Positions 35,451-47,509 of a stretch of DNA of 58,989 bases are shown here, piece after piece (position 1 is the stretch's first letter; each line of letters starts with the position of its first letter). The DNA lies in NCBI RefSeq assembly GCF_004010195.1, contig NC_057752.1, positions 11,976,012-12,035,000 of the forward strand, in the 5' to 3' direction. The notes under the pieces were generated by a model that ran no database searches, was not told the origin of the DNA, and was given only the letters and a program-made list of their open reading frames with translations. Source of the DNA: Chiloscyllium plagiosum. Its lineage: Eukaryota. A program made the position numbers and the translations under genes.

Positions 35451-35981
35451 AAATTCTTAGAATACAGATAGAATAGAATACTTAATTATAACTTCATGCA
35501 ACACTGTTGATCATTTACTTCTTCAGTCTTGACTTTTTTTTTTTTTAAAATGCAGACCTCTACACCTCAATTGAGCACATCCCCTTAGTTACATCTTGGC
35601 ATTTTAAGAGCTGGTGATGCAATTATCCAATGTGGAAAGAGTTGCACAAAGCCAGAACCAGAACCAGCCCATAGAGATTTAAGTCCTCTCATTGTTAACA
35701 AGGACCAAAGTCTGTTTTTCTTTGTAAAATTCTCTTCCACACTAAAGAGAGGTTACATGTGTATCCTCAGGAAATTACATGGATCTCAATAATAGCAGCA
35801 TTTGTATATTGCTCATAGCTGGATAAAACATGGACACAGTTTTTTAGACAGTACATCAAGAGGTCAAAAGGATAACTCTTGTTCAAAAAGATGAATTATT
35901 GTAGCCAATTCCTGAAAAATTACACAGCGAACAGAATGAAGTCCAGATAGAAAGCACCTTCACTGGAAGGCAGGAGGGAAT

Positions 35982-36520
35982 TCAGATGCCTTGCAGAATG
36001 GCCATGCCTGAATGTGTCAAGAGCTCTCCATCCCATAGCGCAAAGGCTGGAACTAGTGGCATCTTGAAATCAGCTGTTATTGTGCTAACAACCGCCGCTT
36101 TCTCAACATCTATTAAACTAAGCTCCTTGTCGTCACAGTCCAGAAGAAAGCCCACTCGATCAGGCTTTCCAAAGAAGTCAACCGGTACCATCTCACTGGA
36201 AGACATGGAGTACCACTTCCTCTGGAGATAGGCATAAACCCAGGAGCAATCATTGGCACCAATACATTCTTCTCGTGACATGTTTGCCTCTGCCACCCCA
36301 ATTCGGAACTCTTGAGATCGTTTCACTGTTACTTCCCAGTAATGTCTCCCAGTTGAAAGAGTCACATCAGCCAAGACCACAGCCCACTCTCTGAAGCGCT
36401 CAGGGTTTTTTGGCACTTTACTTGGGTCAATGCCAATCATACGGTAGATAACTCCAGTCTCTTTTTTGAAAAGGTCTAAGCAACTGTGAGCGGTCTTCTC
36501 ATCCAATTTGAAATTTAAGT
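35982..36520 (-). CDS. SPRYD4: SPRY domain-containing protein 4, coding exon 2
   Basis: Polypyrimidine tract + tag acceptor at 36521, phase 1. FKLDEKTAHS, ERFREWAVVLAD, GRHYWEVTVKRSQ and PAFALWDGELLTHSG match SPRYD4. Confidence 0.96.
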
Positions 36521-37839
36521 CTATAAATGAAAAAAGAAATGCTACACACTGCTCCCCAAAGTACATTGCTTGAGACACATTCCCAGTTAGCCAGTGGTAA
36601 GCAATTCCTTTTAAGCACACAGATTTGTTACCAAATGTCTTCTCAGCTTCAATTATGAACATTTGAGGCTCAGTGTGGGATGGGTGAGATAGAGACTGCA
36701 GGTTGAGGGATAGTCAGATGGTTACGCTGGGAGTGGGAATCAGAAGAAGTGGCCTAAGGTGAGGAATGAAATGATAGGTGTATAGGGGTGAGCAAGAAGA
36801 CTGTTAGGGTGTTGAGAAGATGGGTCACAGAGTGAGGAGTTGTGAACAGGCTCAGGGAAGGAGAAAAAGGTCAGAATCAAAGGATTTTAGCTTGGTGGAT
36901 GTGAAACAGAGATACAAAGCTTCAGGTGAGGAGGGACGAAAAGGAGAATGGGCTCGACATGTGTCCAGCATTTCTCTCAGAGCTGCAGCAGTGTGGCGAT
37001 TGAAATTCAATCTAGGGGGTAGGGTAGCAAAGAGGAAAACGAGGGGATCTTGTTGTGGATAGATAGTGAGAGATTGTTTCCATTAAAATCCTGTCAGGTG
37101 GATGGAGAAGTTTCCATGGCCATTACTTAGAGAGCAAGGAACAATGTCCTGTTCATTATTGCTCAATTGGCATCAATAAAACAAACTTCAATTAATGTCA
37201 ACTGTTAATTTATCTACAAATGCTGTTCGACAAGTGTTTTCTATTCCTATTTTCCCCCCCAAAAAAATGAGCTTGCTGTTGTTATGGGATCTTGTTGTAT
37301 ACCCATTTCTAACATTACAATGGTGACATTTCAAAGAGTGCAAGATGTACATAAAGAACAGGAACTCAGCTGATCAGGGAGACAATTTTAGTGAGAATAC
37401 TGAGGTCTGGCACTACTGCAGCAGCCACTTCTTAGCTGGAACCAGGTGGAAGGCCAGAGCCAATCTGCAGCCCTGCACAAAGGGCAGAATCTTCCAAGGG
37501 TGAATTAAAACTGACTCCCCACTCCACTAGTGACGCCCAGTCACATGCCCATGCAATCTTGCCAGAGCCATTTGCCTCCAGAAGTGCATTAACACATCCT
37601 ACTGGACCAAGGAATTAGTCCACAGTTGTTCAGCTGGCAGTCCCAGTGGGAGAGGCAGGTGCCATTGCAGCAGACAGGAAGAAGCGAGGGTATCTTTAGA
37701 TAGCGATACAGATGTTGAAAAAAAAGTTTAAAATGATTTATGGTGGGGGATTTGCTGCATTGACAGGCCAGTTTGCTGTTGCAGCTGTAGTTCTGCAACA
37801 GAAGTGGTAACAGATTGGGGCGTAAATAAAATCAGAAGC

Positions 37840-38050
37840 AAAAATGGAGTGTGCTGAAAAAGCTCAGCAGGTCTAGCAGCACCTGTGCAGAGAAATCAAA
37901 GTTAAATGTTTTGGGTCTGGTGACCCTTTCTCAGAACTGGGAACTGAAGTTATGAGGAAGGGTCACCAGATCAGACCTGAAACATTAACTCTAATTCTTC
38001 TTCACAGATGCTGTCAGATCTGCTGAGCTTTTCCAGCAATTTCAATTTTT
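37840..38050. mobile_element. PLE family B fold-back in the SPRYD4 intron
   Basis: AAAAGCTCAGCAG...GTGACCCTTTCTCAGAACT is followed by its reverse complement; degenerate hammerheads. Confidence 0.8.
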
Positions 38051-38118
38051 GCAGGAGTGTAAGTAAAAGAGGCATTGCTGAGAGGCTGTCTCCAAGAACT
38101 TGTTAGTCTTTGCCTGCA

Positions 38119-38473
38119 AGGAGAAAGTGAGGACTGCAGATGCTGGAGATCAGAGTTGAAAAGGTGTTGCTGGAAAAGCGCAGCAGGTCCAGCAGCATCC
38201 AAGGAGCAGGAGAATCGACGTTTCAGGCATGAGCCCTTCTTCAGGAATGAGGAAAGTGTCCAGCAGGCTAAGATAAAAAGGTAGGGAGGAGGGACTTGGG
38301 TGAAGGGACGTTAGAAATCTATCACATTTCCAACACCCAAGTCTCTCCTCCCTACCTTTTTATCTTAGCCTGCTGGACACTTTCCTCATTCCTGAAGAAG
38401 GGCTCATGCCCAAAATGTCAATTCTCCTGCTCCTTGGATGCTGCCTGACCTGCGCTTTTCCAGCAACACATTC
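38119..38473. mobile_element. PLE family A fold-back in the SPRYD4 intron
   Basis: ~150-bp inverted arms; TSD AG(T/A)CTTTGCCTGCA at 38105-38118 and 38474-38487; hammerhead core at 38217-38244 on the minus strand. Confidence 0.88.
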
Positions 38474-38902
38474 AGACTTTGCCTGCAGCCTAGATTCATT
38501 TGCAGCTAGTAACATTCTGGTAGTATCTCCAAAGAAACTGGCACCAATTGGCTACGCATTACTGTTAGACTATTTCAATCATCTCTGGTCTGTGGTCTCT
38601 TTTTCAAAATTCTACCTATTCATAACCTGATGATTGCCACTAACCACACCCTCACTAATCTTACTCTCCCAGTGATTCCACGATGCTTAACAACCGCCGC
38701 TGTTCCCCTCAGTCTCAACATTAACGACAAACCCCACCAAAGCTAGTTCCATTCCTTCAACCCTGCCCCACAGCCCCACTTCCCCCATTATCACATGCCC
38801 GAGACCCTCATTATACACCTCTCTCCCCCAGCAACACCCTGATGTGGTCAACCTTCTCATGTTCGGGGCTTCTCGCACGTGAAAGGCCAATAAACATCTT
38901 AC

Positions 38903-38999
38903 AGCGTTTGGGAAAATCCAGGACACACAGTTGCCTCCTCGCCGCCCCAAGCAACAACCGATAACCAGTTCCTCGCAAAGTCCTCCAGCCCGCCGCCAT
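38903..38999 (-). CDS. SPRYD4: SPRYD4 coding exon 1 (Arg-rich, mitochondrial-presequence-like)
   Basis: AAGATGGCGGCG start; MAAGWRTLRGTGYRLLLGAARRQLCVLDFPKR + T|gtaag. Phase 1 is compatible with exon 2, giving 211 aa in total. Confidence 0.9.
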
Positions 39000-39130
39000 C
39001 TTTAACCCAGATACGGTCCGTCTCAACGTCATGACGTTGCCTCGCGGGCAATGCGTGATTTCATCAGCGGCTCCGTCGAAGTCTGTGCTGGGTCCCTCTG
39101 GTGGTTAATTGTATGTTGGAGAACCGACGG
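39000..39130 (-). promoter_or_regulatory. SPRYD4 CpG-rich promoter
   Basis: CpG-dense; perfect 16-bp palindrome CAACGTCATGACGTTG at 39024-39039. Confidence 0.7.
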
Positions 39131-39239
39131 TTTCCTCTTTCAGAAGCAAATAGAAATTACTGGAGAAACTCAGCAGGTCAGGCAACATCTGTCGCGTGAG
39201 AGAGATACTGTTAACATTCCGTGTCTGATATAATTCCTA

Positions 39240-39945
39240 TAGAGTCACAGATGTACAACATGGAAACAGACCCTTCAGTCCAACCCGTCCATGCTGACCC
39301 AGATATCCCAACCTTATCTAGTCCCACCAGCCAGCACCCGGCCCATATCCCTCCAAACCCTTCCTATTCATATACCCATCCAAATGCCTTTTTAATGTTG
39401 CAAGTGTACCAGCCTCCACCACTTCCTCTGGCAGCTCATTCCATACACGTACCACCCTCTGTGTGAAAAAGTTGCCCCTTTCCTCTCTCACCCTAAACTT
39501 ATGCCCTCTAGTTCTGGACTCCCCCACCCCAGGGAAAAGACTTTGTCTGTTTACCCTATCCATGCCCCTCATAATTTTGTAAACCTCTATAAGCCTCCAA
39601 CACTCCAGGGAAAACAGCCCCAGCCTGTTCAGCCTCTCCCTGTAGCTCAAATCCTCCAACCCTGGCAACATCCTTGTCAATCTTTTCTGAACCCTTTCAA
39701 GTTTAACAACATCCTTCCAAGAGGAAGGAGACTAGAATTGCACACAATACTCCAACAGTGGCCTAACTAATATCCTGTAAGCCATAACATGACTTCCCAA
39801 CTCCTCTACTTAATAGTCTGACCAATAAAGGAAAGCATACCAAACGCCTCCTTCACTATCCTATCTACCTGTGACTCCACTTTCAAGGGGCTATGAACCT
39901 TCACTCCAAGGTCTCTTTGTTCAGCAACACTCCCCAGGACCTTAG
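39240..39945 (-). mobile_element. Young CR1 3' fragment
   Basis: TRMLPGLEDLSYRERLNRLGLFSLE; CR1 tail. Confidence 0.92.
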
Positions 39946-40099
39946 ATTCACACTAAGCAACACCTCCATTCCGGTTAGATTCACACATGTATTGGGACAT
40001 AATTTTTAACCGTTTCACCACACCACTACACTTCCAATTTTGATGTCATCTGAAAACTTACTATACCTCCTATACTCCCATCCTCTTCAGATGGATCTG

Positions 40100-40955
40100 A
40101 TATGCTAAGGGTTGAGCAAACATGGTGTATGAGTTGAGGGCACAACTTAAAACATGGGGGTACAATGTCATTGCTGTCACAGAGACATGGCTGAGAGAGG
40201 GCACTGAGCTCAATATTCCAGGATACAGGGCTTTCAGGTGAGACAGGGAAGGGGGTAAAAGAGGAGGTGTTGCAAATTTGACCAGGGAATCTATTACAAC
40301 AGTAAGGGAGGGATAACATCTTGGAAAGTTCCTCAAGTGAAACCATATAGGAGAGATTAAAAACCAAAGGAGAACAATCACATTGCTGGAAGTGTTTTAT
40401 AGTACCCCTAACAGTCCAAAAAATATAGAAGAACAGATATATAGGCAAATTCCAGGGAAATGTAAAAGTATTAGGGTAGTCATAGTACCCACCTTTCCCA
40501 ACATTAACTATGAATGCTGTGAAAGATTTAGAGGGAGCAGAATTTTTAAAATGCATTCAGGATAGCTTTTTAAGCCAGTATTTAGAACATCCCACAAGAG
40601 AGGGGGCTGTCCTGGACTTAATTTTTGGCAACAAAGCTGGGAAAGTGGTTGAAGTATCATTGGGAGAGTAGACAATGATTGTAACTCAGTTAGGTTCAAC
40701 ATTGTTGTTGGAAAAGGTCAATGATGGACCTGAAGTCAAAGTTCTCAACTAGGAGAAGGCTGATTTTAATAAGATCAGATATAACTTGGCTAGAGTGGAC
40801 TGGGAGCAGATACTTTGAGGTAAATCTATGTCCAAACAATAGGAAGCAGTCAAGAGGGAAATATGGAGAGTACGGGGCTAATACATACTAATAAAGAAGG
40901 TTTGGACCATCATCCTGAATATCAAGGGATGTGCAGGATTGGATAAAGAGAAGGC
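40100..40955 (+). mobile_element. Decayed CR1 endonuclease region
   Basis: IAVTETWL, VFYSTPNS and FPNINY-type APE motifs. Confidence 0.75.
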
Positions 40956-40959
40956 TGAA

Positions 40960-43900
40960 TAGGAAATAGGTACAGGAGTAGGCCATTTGGCCCTTCGAGC
41001 CTGCATCACCATTCAATACGATCATGGCTGATCATGCAATCTCAGTGTCCCACTCCTGCCTTTTCTCATACCCCTTAATCCCTTTAGCCATGTCCAGCTC
41101 CCTCTTGAATATATCTAATGAACTGGCCCCAACAACTTCCTGTGGGAGAGAATTCCACAGGTTTGCAACTTTCTGAGTGAAGAGATTCTTCCACATCTCA
41201 GTCCTGAATGGCTTACCCCTTTTTCTTACACTGTGACCCCTTGTTCTTGATTTCCCCAACATCGGGAACATTCATCCTGCATCTAGCCTGTCCTGTCCCA
41301 TCAGGATTTTATGTTTCTATGAGATTCCCTCCTCATTCTTCTAAATTCCAGCGAATACAAGCCCACTCGACCCAGTCCTTCCTCATATGTCAGTCCTGCC
41401 ATCCTGGGAATCAGTCTGGTGAACTTTCGCTGGACTCCCTCAATAGCAAGAATGTCCTTTCTCCGATTAGGAGACCAAAACTGCACACAGTACTCACAGT
41501 GTGGTCTCACCCAGGCAAGGTATAAATGCAACAAGACATCCTTACTCCTGTATCCTAATCCTCTTGTCATGAAGGAGAGCATGCCGTTAGCGTTCCTCAC
41601 TGCCTGCTGCACCTGCACACCAACCTTCAGCGACTGTTCCACCATGACATCCAGGTCTTGTTGCACCTCACCTTTTCCTAAACTGTCACCGTTCAGATAA
41701 TAATCTGCCTTCCTGTTTTTGTGACCAAAATGGATAACCTCACATTTATCCACATTATATTGCATTTGTCACGTATTTGCCCACTCAGCCAGTCTGTCCA
41801 AGTCACCCTGCAGCCTCTTAGCATTCTCTTCACAGCACACACTGCTACCCAGCTTAGCATCATCTGCAAATCTGGAGCTATGGCATTCAGTTCCTTCGCC
41901 CAAATCATTAATGTGTATTGTGAACAGCTAAGAACAGAACCCTGCGGCACCCCACTCATCACTCCCTACCACTCTGAAAAGGACTGGTTTATTCCAACTT
42001 TCTGCTTCCTGTCTGCCAACCACTTCTCTATCCATGTCAATACACCTCCAACACCATGAGCTTTTATTTTCCTTACTAATCTCTTGTGTGGAACCTTGTC
42101 AAAAGCCTTTTGAAAGTCCAGATACACAACATCTACTGATTCACCCTTGTACACTCTACTGGTCACATCCTCAAAAATTCCAGAAGATTAGTCAAGTATG
42201 ATTTCCCTTTAGTGAATCCATGCTGACTTGGACTGATCCTGTCACCGCTTTCCAAATGCTCAATTTTTACATCCTTAATGATTGACTTCAGCATTTTCCC
42301 CACCAGCAATGTCAGGCTGATTGGTCTATAATTCCCCATTTTCTCTCTCCCTCCTTTTTTAAAAGATTGGAGTTACACTAGTTACCCTCCAGTCCATTGG
42401 AACTCTTCCAAAGTCTATAGAATGTTGGAAAATGATCACTTCTGTATCTGCTATTTCTAGGGCTACTTCCTTAAATACTCTGGGATGGATAGCATCAGGC
42501 CCTGGGGACTTATTTGGCTTTACTCCCATCAATTCCCCCAATACCATTTCCTGACTAATAAAGATTTCCTCAGTTTCCCCCTTCATGCTTGACCCTCTGT
42601 CCCCCTCGCATTTCCTGAGGGTTATTGTGTCCTCCTTAGTGAAGGCAGATCCAAAGTATTTGTTCAACTGGCCTGCCATCTCTGATGTCCATTATGAATT
42701 CACCTGATTCTAACTGCAAGGGACCTACATTTGTCTTCACCAGTCTTTTTCTCTTCACATATCTATAAAAGCTTTTGCAGTCAGTTTTTTCAAGGTTTGC
42801 ACAAGCTTACTTTCATGTTCTATTTTCCCTTTCTGAATTATCCTCCTCTGCTGAATTTTAAATTTCTCCCAGTCCTCAAGTTTGCTGCTTTTTCTGACCA
42901 ATTTATATGCCTCCTTTTTGGCTTTAATACTGTTCCTGATTTGCTTTGTTAGCCATGGTTGTGCCACCTTCTCTGTCTTACTCTTATCCCAGATAGGGAT
43001 ATACAATTGTTAAGTTCATCCATATGTTTTTTTAAATGTTTGCCATTGCCTTTCCACTATCAACTCCTTAAGTATCCTTCACCAGTCTACTCTAGCCAAT
43101 GCATGCCTCATAACATCAAAGTTACCTTCCTCTAAGTTCAGGACCATAGTTTCAGATTTAATTGTGTCACTCTCCGTCTTAACAAAGAATTCTACCATAT
43201 TGTGGTCACTCTTCCCCAAAGGATCTCGCACCACAATGTTGCTAATTAATCCTCTCGTTGCATAATAACAGTCTAGGAAGGCTTGCTCTCTAGTTGGTTC
43301 CTCAACATATTGGTTGAGAAAATCATCCCTCATACATTCCAGGAAATCCTCCTCCATCACATTACTACCAATTTGGTTAATCTAATCAATATGTAGATTG
43401 AAGTCACCCATAATGACCGCTGTACCCTTACTGCATGCATCTCTAATTTCCTGTTTAATACAGTCCCCAACATCACAACGACTGTTTGGTGGTATGTAGG
43501 CAACTCCTGCTAATGTCTTTTTCCCTTTGGTGTTCCACAGCTCCACCCATACTGATTCCACATTGTCCAGGCTAATTTCCTCCTTAACCAGCAACACTAC
43601 CCCACCTACCTTCCCTTTCTGTCTGGCTTTCCTGAAAATTGAATAACCCTGGATGCTGAGTTCCCATCCTTGGTCACCCTGGAACCAGGTCTCTGTCATC
43701 CCAATTACATCATACCCGTTAATAGCTGTTTGCACAGTCAATTCATCCACATTATTACAAATTAGCACTGCTGTGTCACAACGCCAGGGATCCATGTTCA
43801 ATTCCAGCCTCAGGTGACTGTCTGTGTGGAGTTTGCACATTCTTCCTGTGTCTGCATGTGTTTCCTCTGGGTGCTCCAGTTTCCTCCAACAGTCCAAAGA

Positions 43901-44460
43901 CGTGCTGGTTCGGTAGATTGGGTGTGCAAAATTGCCCATAGTGCCCAGGGATGTGTAGGTTAGGTGGATTAGCCATGGGAAATGCAGGGTTCTTGGGATA
44001 GGCTAGGTGAGATATTCTTCGGAGAATCAGTTGTTGGGCCGAATGACCTGTTTCCACGCTGTTGGGATTGTATGATTCTGTGGAATGCTTCTTGCATTGA
44101 GATACACAGCATTCAGGCTCATTTTTGTTTTGACATTTAATGCCCTTTTAGAATCGTTGTGAAATGTGCCTTTTGTGGTTTTTCTCTTTGGTTTCTCTGT
44201 CTTCCACTTTCACTTTTCCCCTTCCTGTCCTTTTGTTTCTGTCCCTACTTTACTTCCCTCCAACATCCTGCATTGGTTCCCATCCCCCTGCCATATTAGT
44301 TTAAACCCTCCCCAACATCACTAGCAAACACTCTCCTAGGACATAGCACCTGGACAAAACTGGAACCAGACCATCCAGTTTGTACTGGTCCCACCTCCCC
44401 CAGAATCTGTTCCAATGTCCCAGGAATTTGAATCCCTCTCTCTTACACCATCGTTCAATA
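40960..44460 (-). mobile_element. Near full-length decayed CR1 (end of ORF1 esterase, EN, RT, 3' UTR) with an HE1 SINE inserted at ~43761-44080 (+)
   Basis: WCKREGFKFLGHW...YKLDGL (SGNH-type ORF1), [33 protein letters not shown] and EYCVQFW occur in order. Confidence 0.92.
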
Positions 44461-45090
44461 GGCTGTTTTCCCTGGGGCATTGGAGGCTGAGGGGTGAGGA
44501 AATCATACCTTACAAATTTGCTATAGTTCTTTGATGAAGTGACCAGGAAGATTGATGAGGGCAGGGCAGTAGACATATTCTATATGGATTTCAGTAAGGC
44601 CTTTGATAAAGTTCCACATGGTCGGCTGTTCTGAAAGGTGAGATTGCATGGAATCCAGGGGGAGCTGTCAAATTAAATACACAATTGGCTTGAGGGAAGG
44701 AAGCAGAGTGTATAAGTGGAAGGATGCTTGTCAGATTGGAGGCCTATGACTAGTAGTGTACGTCAGGGGTTGGTGCTGGGCCCATTGCTGTTTGTTATCT
44801 ATATCAACGATTTGGATGAGAACATGCAAGGCATGATTAGTAAGTTTGCAGATGACACCAAAATAGGCAGTATCGTGGACAGTGAGGAAGGTTAGTCAGC
44901 ATGGTGAAGGGCAGGTCGTGCCTCACAAACCTTATTGAATTCTTTGAGAAGGTGACTAAGGAAGTAGACGAGGGTAAAGCGGTAGATGCGGTGTATATGG
45001 ATTTTAGTAAGGCGTTTGATAAGGTTCCCCATGGTAGGCTACTGCAAAAAATACGGAGGTATGGCATTGAGGGTGAGTTGGAGGTTTGGA
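44460..45090 (+). mobile_element. CR1 RT fragments
   Basis: Two overlapping pieces with GRSCLTNLIEFFE and AFDKVPH. Confidence 0.85.
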
Positions 45091-45091
45091 T

Positions 45092-46440
45092 GCCTGAGTG
45101 AGTGTGCCTGAGTGCATGTGTCTGAGTGCCTGTGCCTGAGTGCGTGTGTCTGAGTGCGTGTGTCTGAGTGAGTGTGTCTGAGTGAGTGTGCCTGAGTGAG
45201 TGTGCCTGAGTGCGTGTGTGTATTTGTGTACAAGTGCCTGAGTGCGTGTGCCTGAGTGCGTGTGCCTGAGTGAGTGTGTCTGAGTGCGTGTGTCTGAGTG
45301 AGTGTGTCTGAGTGAGTGTGCCTGAGTGAGTGTGCCTGAGTGCGTGTGTGTATTTGTGTGCAAGTGCCTGAGTGCGTGTGCCTGAGTGCGTGTGCCTGAG
45401 TGAGTGTGTCTGAGTGTGTGTGCCTGAGTGCGTGTGTGTATTTGTGTGCAAGTGCCTGAGTGCGTGTGTCTGAGTGCCTGTGTCTGAGTGCGTGTGTCTG
45501 AGTGAGTGTGCCTGAGTGCGTGTGTCTGAGTGAGTGTGTGTATTTGTGTGCAAGTGCCTGAGTGCGTGTGCCTGAGTGAGTGTGCCTGAGTGAGTGTGCC
45601 TGAGTGCGTGTGTCTGAGTGAGTGTGCCTGAGTGCGTGTGCCTGAGTGCGTTGCCTGAGTGCGTGTGCCTGAGTGCGTGTGCCTGAGTGAGTGTGCCTGA
45701 GTGAGTGTATCTGAGTGAGTGTGCCTGAATGAGTGTGCCTGAGTGCGTGTGCCTGAGTGAGTGTGCCTGAGTGCGAGTGCCTGAGTGCGTGTGTCTGAGT
45801 GAGTGTGCCTGAGTGAGTGTATCTGAGTGAGTGTGCCTGAGTGAGTGTGCCTGAGTGCGTGTGCCTGAGTGAGTGTGCCTGAGTGCGTGTGTCTGAGTGA
45901 GTGTGCCTGAGTNNNNNNNNNNNNNNNNNNNNNNNNNNNNNNNNNNNNNNNNNNNNNNNNNNNNNNNNNNNNNNNNNNNNNNNNNNNNNNNNNNNNNNNN
46001 NNNNNNNNNNNNNNNNNNNNNNNNNNNNNNNNNNNNNNNNNNNNNNNNNNNNNNNNNNNNNNNNNNNNNNNNNNNNNNNNNNNNNNNNNNNNNNNNNNNN
46101 NNNNNNNNNNNNNNNNNNNNNNNNNNNNNNNNNNNNNNNNNNNNNNNNNNNNNNNNNNNNNNNNNNNNNNNNNNNNNNNNNNNNNNNNNNNNNNNNNNNN
46201 NNNNNNNNNNNNNNNNNNNNNNAGTGTATCTGGTGAGTGTGCCTGAGTGAGTGTGCCTGAGTGCGTGTGCCTGAGTGAGTGTGCCTGAGTGCGTGTGTCT
46301 GAGTGAGTGTGCCTGAGTGAGTGTGCCTGAGTGCGTGTGTCTGAGTGTGTGTGCCTGAATGCGTGTGTGTAATTGTGTGCAAGTGCCTGAGTGCGTGTGT
46401 CTGAGTGCATGTATGTGTGTGTGCGTGCGAGTGTCTGAGT
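45092..46440. repeat. 14-bp minisatellite YCTGAGTGMGTGTG with interspersed 18-bp spacers; gap N 45913-46222
   Basis: Directly visible tandem array. Confidence 0.97.
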
Positions 46441-47509
46441 CCACGTGTGTGTGTGTGAGAGAGTGTGTGCCTGATTGAGTGTATGCACATGTATAGGTCA
46501 ATGTGTGACATAGGGCCTATTACCAGCCTTCCTTCATTGTGACTAGGTCAAAATTTACCCTCTCTAGGGCAGTTAGCAATGGGCAAGAAATGCTGGCCTC
46601 ACCAGTGACATGCACATCTCAGGAAAGAAGGAGTGAAACCCTAATGGCCATGGAGATTTGCTCCGTGAGGTGCTGAGTCTCTCTCTCTCTCCCTGTCTGT
46701 ACAATCTATAACCTGTAGCTGCCTCAGATTATCACCTTGGCTTCACATTAAAGCCCAGGCTCTCTCCCAGTCTCCCACTCCCTGCAGACTGTTAAAGTCT
46801 CTGTGCTAACAGACAGGACCCGCAGGCAGAATTCGAGCTAACACCGGCCTGTTTGAAGCATTTGATGCTGAACCCAAGAAGGGTATGACACGAAATGTAG
46901 GCCCTGACCCCACCCACCCTCAGCCGAGACTCAGGGCACTCTGCTGGTGTTTGAGCTTGGTCATCAACGCATACACTGTTGGGTCTTTGGTGTTCAGGAA
47001 GAGTCACACAGCCATGAATTCCTCCCCCCACCCCTCGTTCAAAGTGACATTTTGCTTCCCATGTGGCAAGATCCCAATACTCAGCTTCTCTTGAAACGAC
47101 AATGTCTCCATCCCATGATCCTTCAGCGAAAGAGGTCAAGGTGTCTGAAGAGTGAAGCAGATTACTACTTTCCATTCATTCCGTGGAGGCATTTGTTGCC
47201 TCTCCCTCCTTGCCATTTCAATGGGAGTGTCGTGCTTGTCCAACTTCTGAGGGCAGTTAATGTTGAACCACTTTGGCTGTGGGGGTGGAGTCACGTGGAG
47301 GTCAGACTAGCTCAGGCTAAAAGCTGTAGGAGGTGGAGTAGGCCATTGCGTCTGCTCCGCCAGTCAATGAGATCATGGCTGGTTTGACCATCCTCAGCTC
47401 CGCTCTCCTGCCTTTTGCTTATAACCATAAGTAGAGGCACTCATTCTCTTCCGTCACTCGGCTGATGTGGAATCCCTCCTGATTTTCCCACATGCCATTG
47501 GCATCTAGG

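Noticed and set aside
36521..36662. N-terminal 47 aa of the 226-aa ORF as part of SPRYD4
   Set aside because: It lies upstream of a clear splice acceptor; the true N-terminus is exon 1 at 38999-38903.
45092..45912. CRISPR-like repeat/spacer array
   Set aside because: The spacers are identical rather than unique, there are no cas genes, and the context is eukaryotic.
44837..46511. Long His/Thr-rich ORFs (490-554 aa)
   Set aside because: They are translations of a stop-free 14-bp minisatellite and an N gap, open in all three minus frames.
46788..46881. Possible plus-strand exon (ccctgcag|...G|gtatga)
   Set aside because: All three frames from this acceptor contain stops and no protein similarity was recognised; a non-coding exon cannot be excluded.
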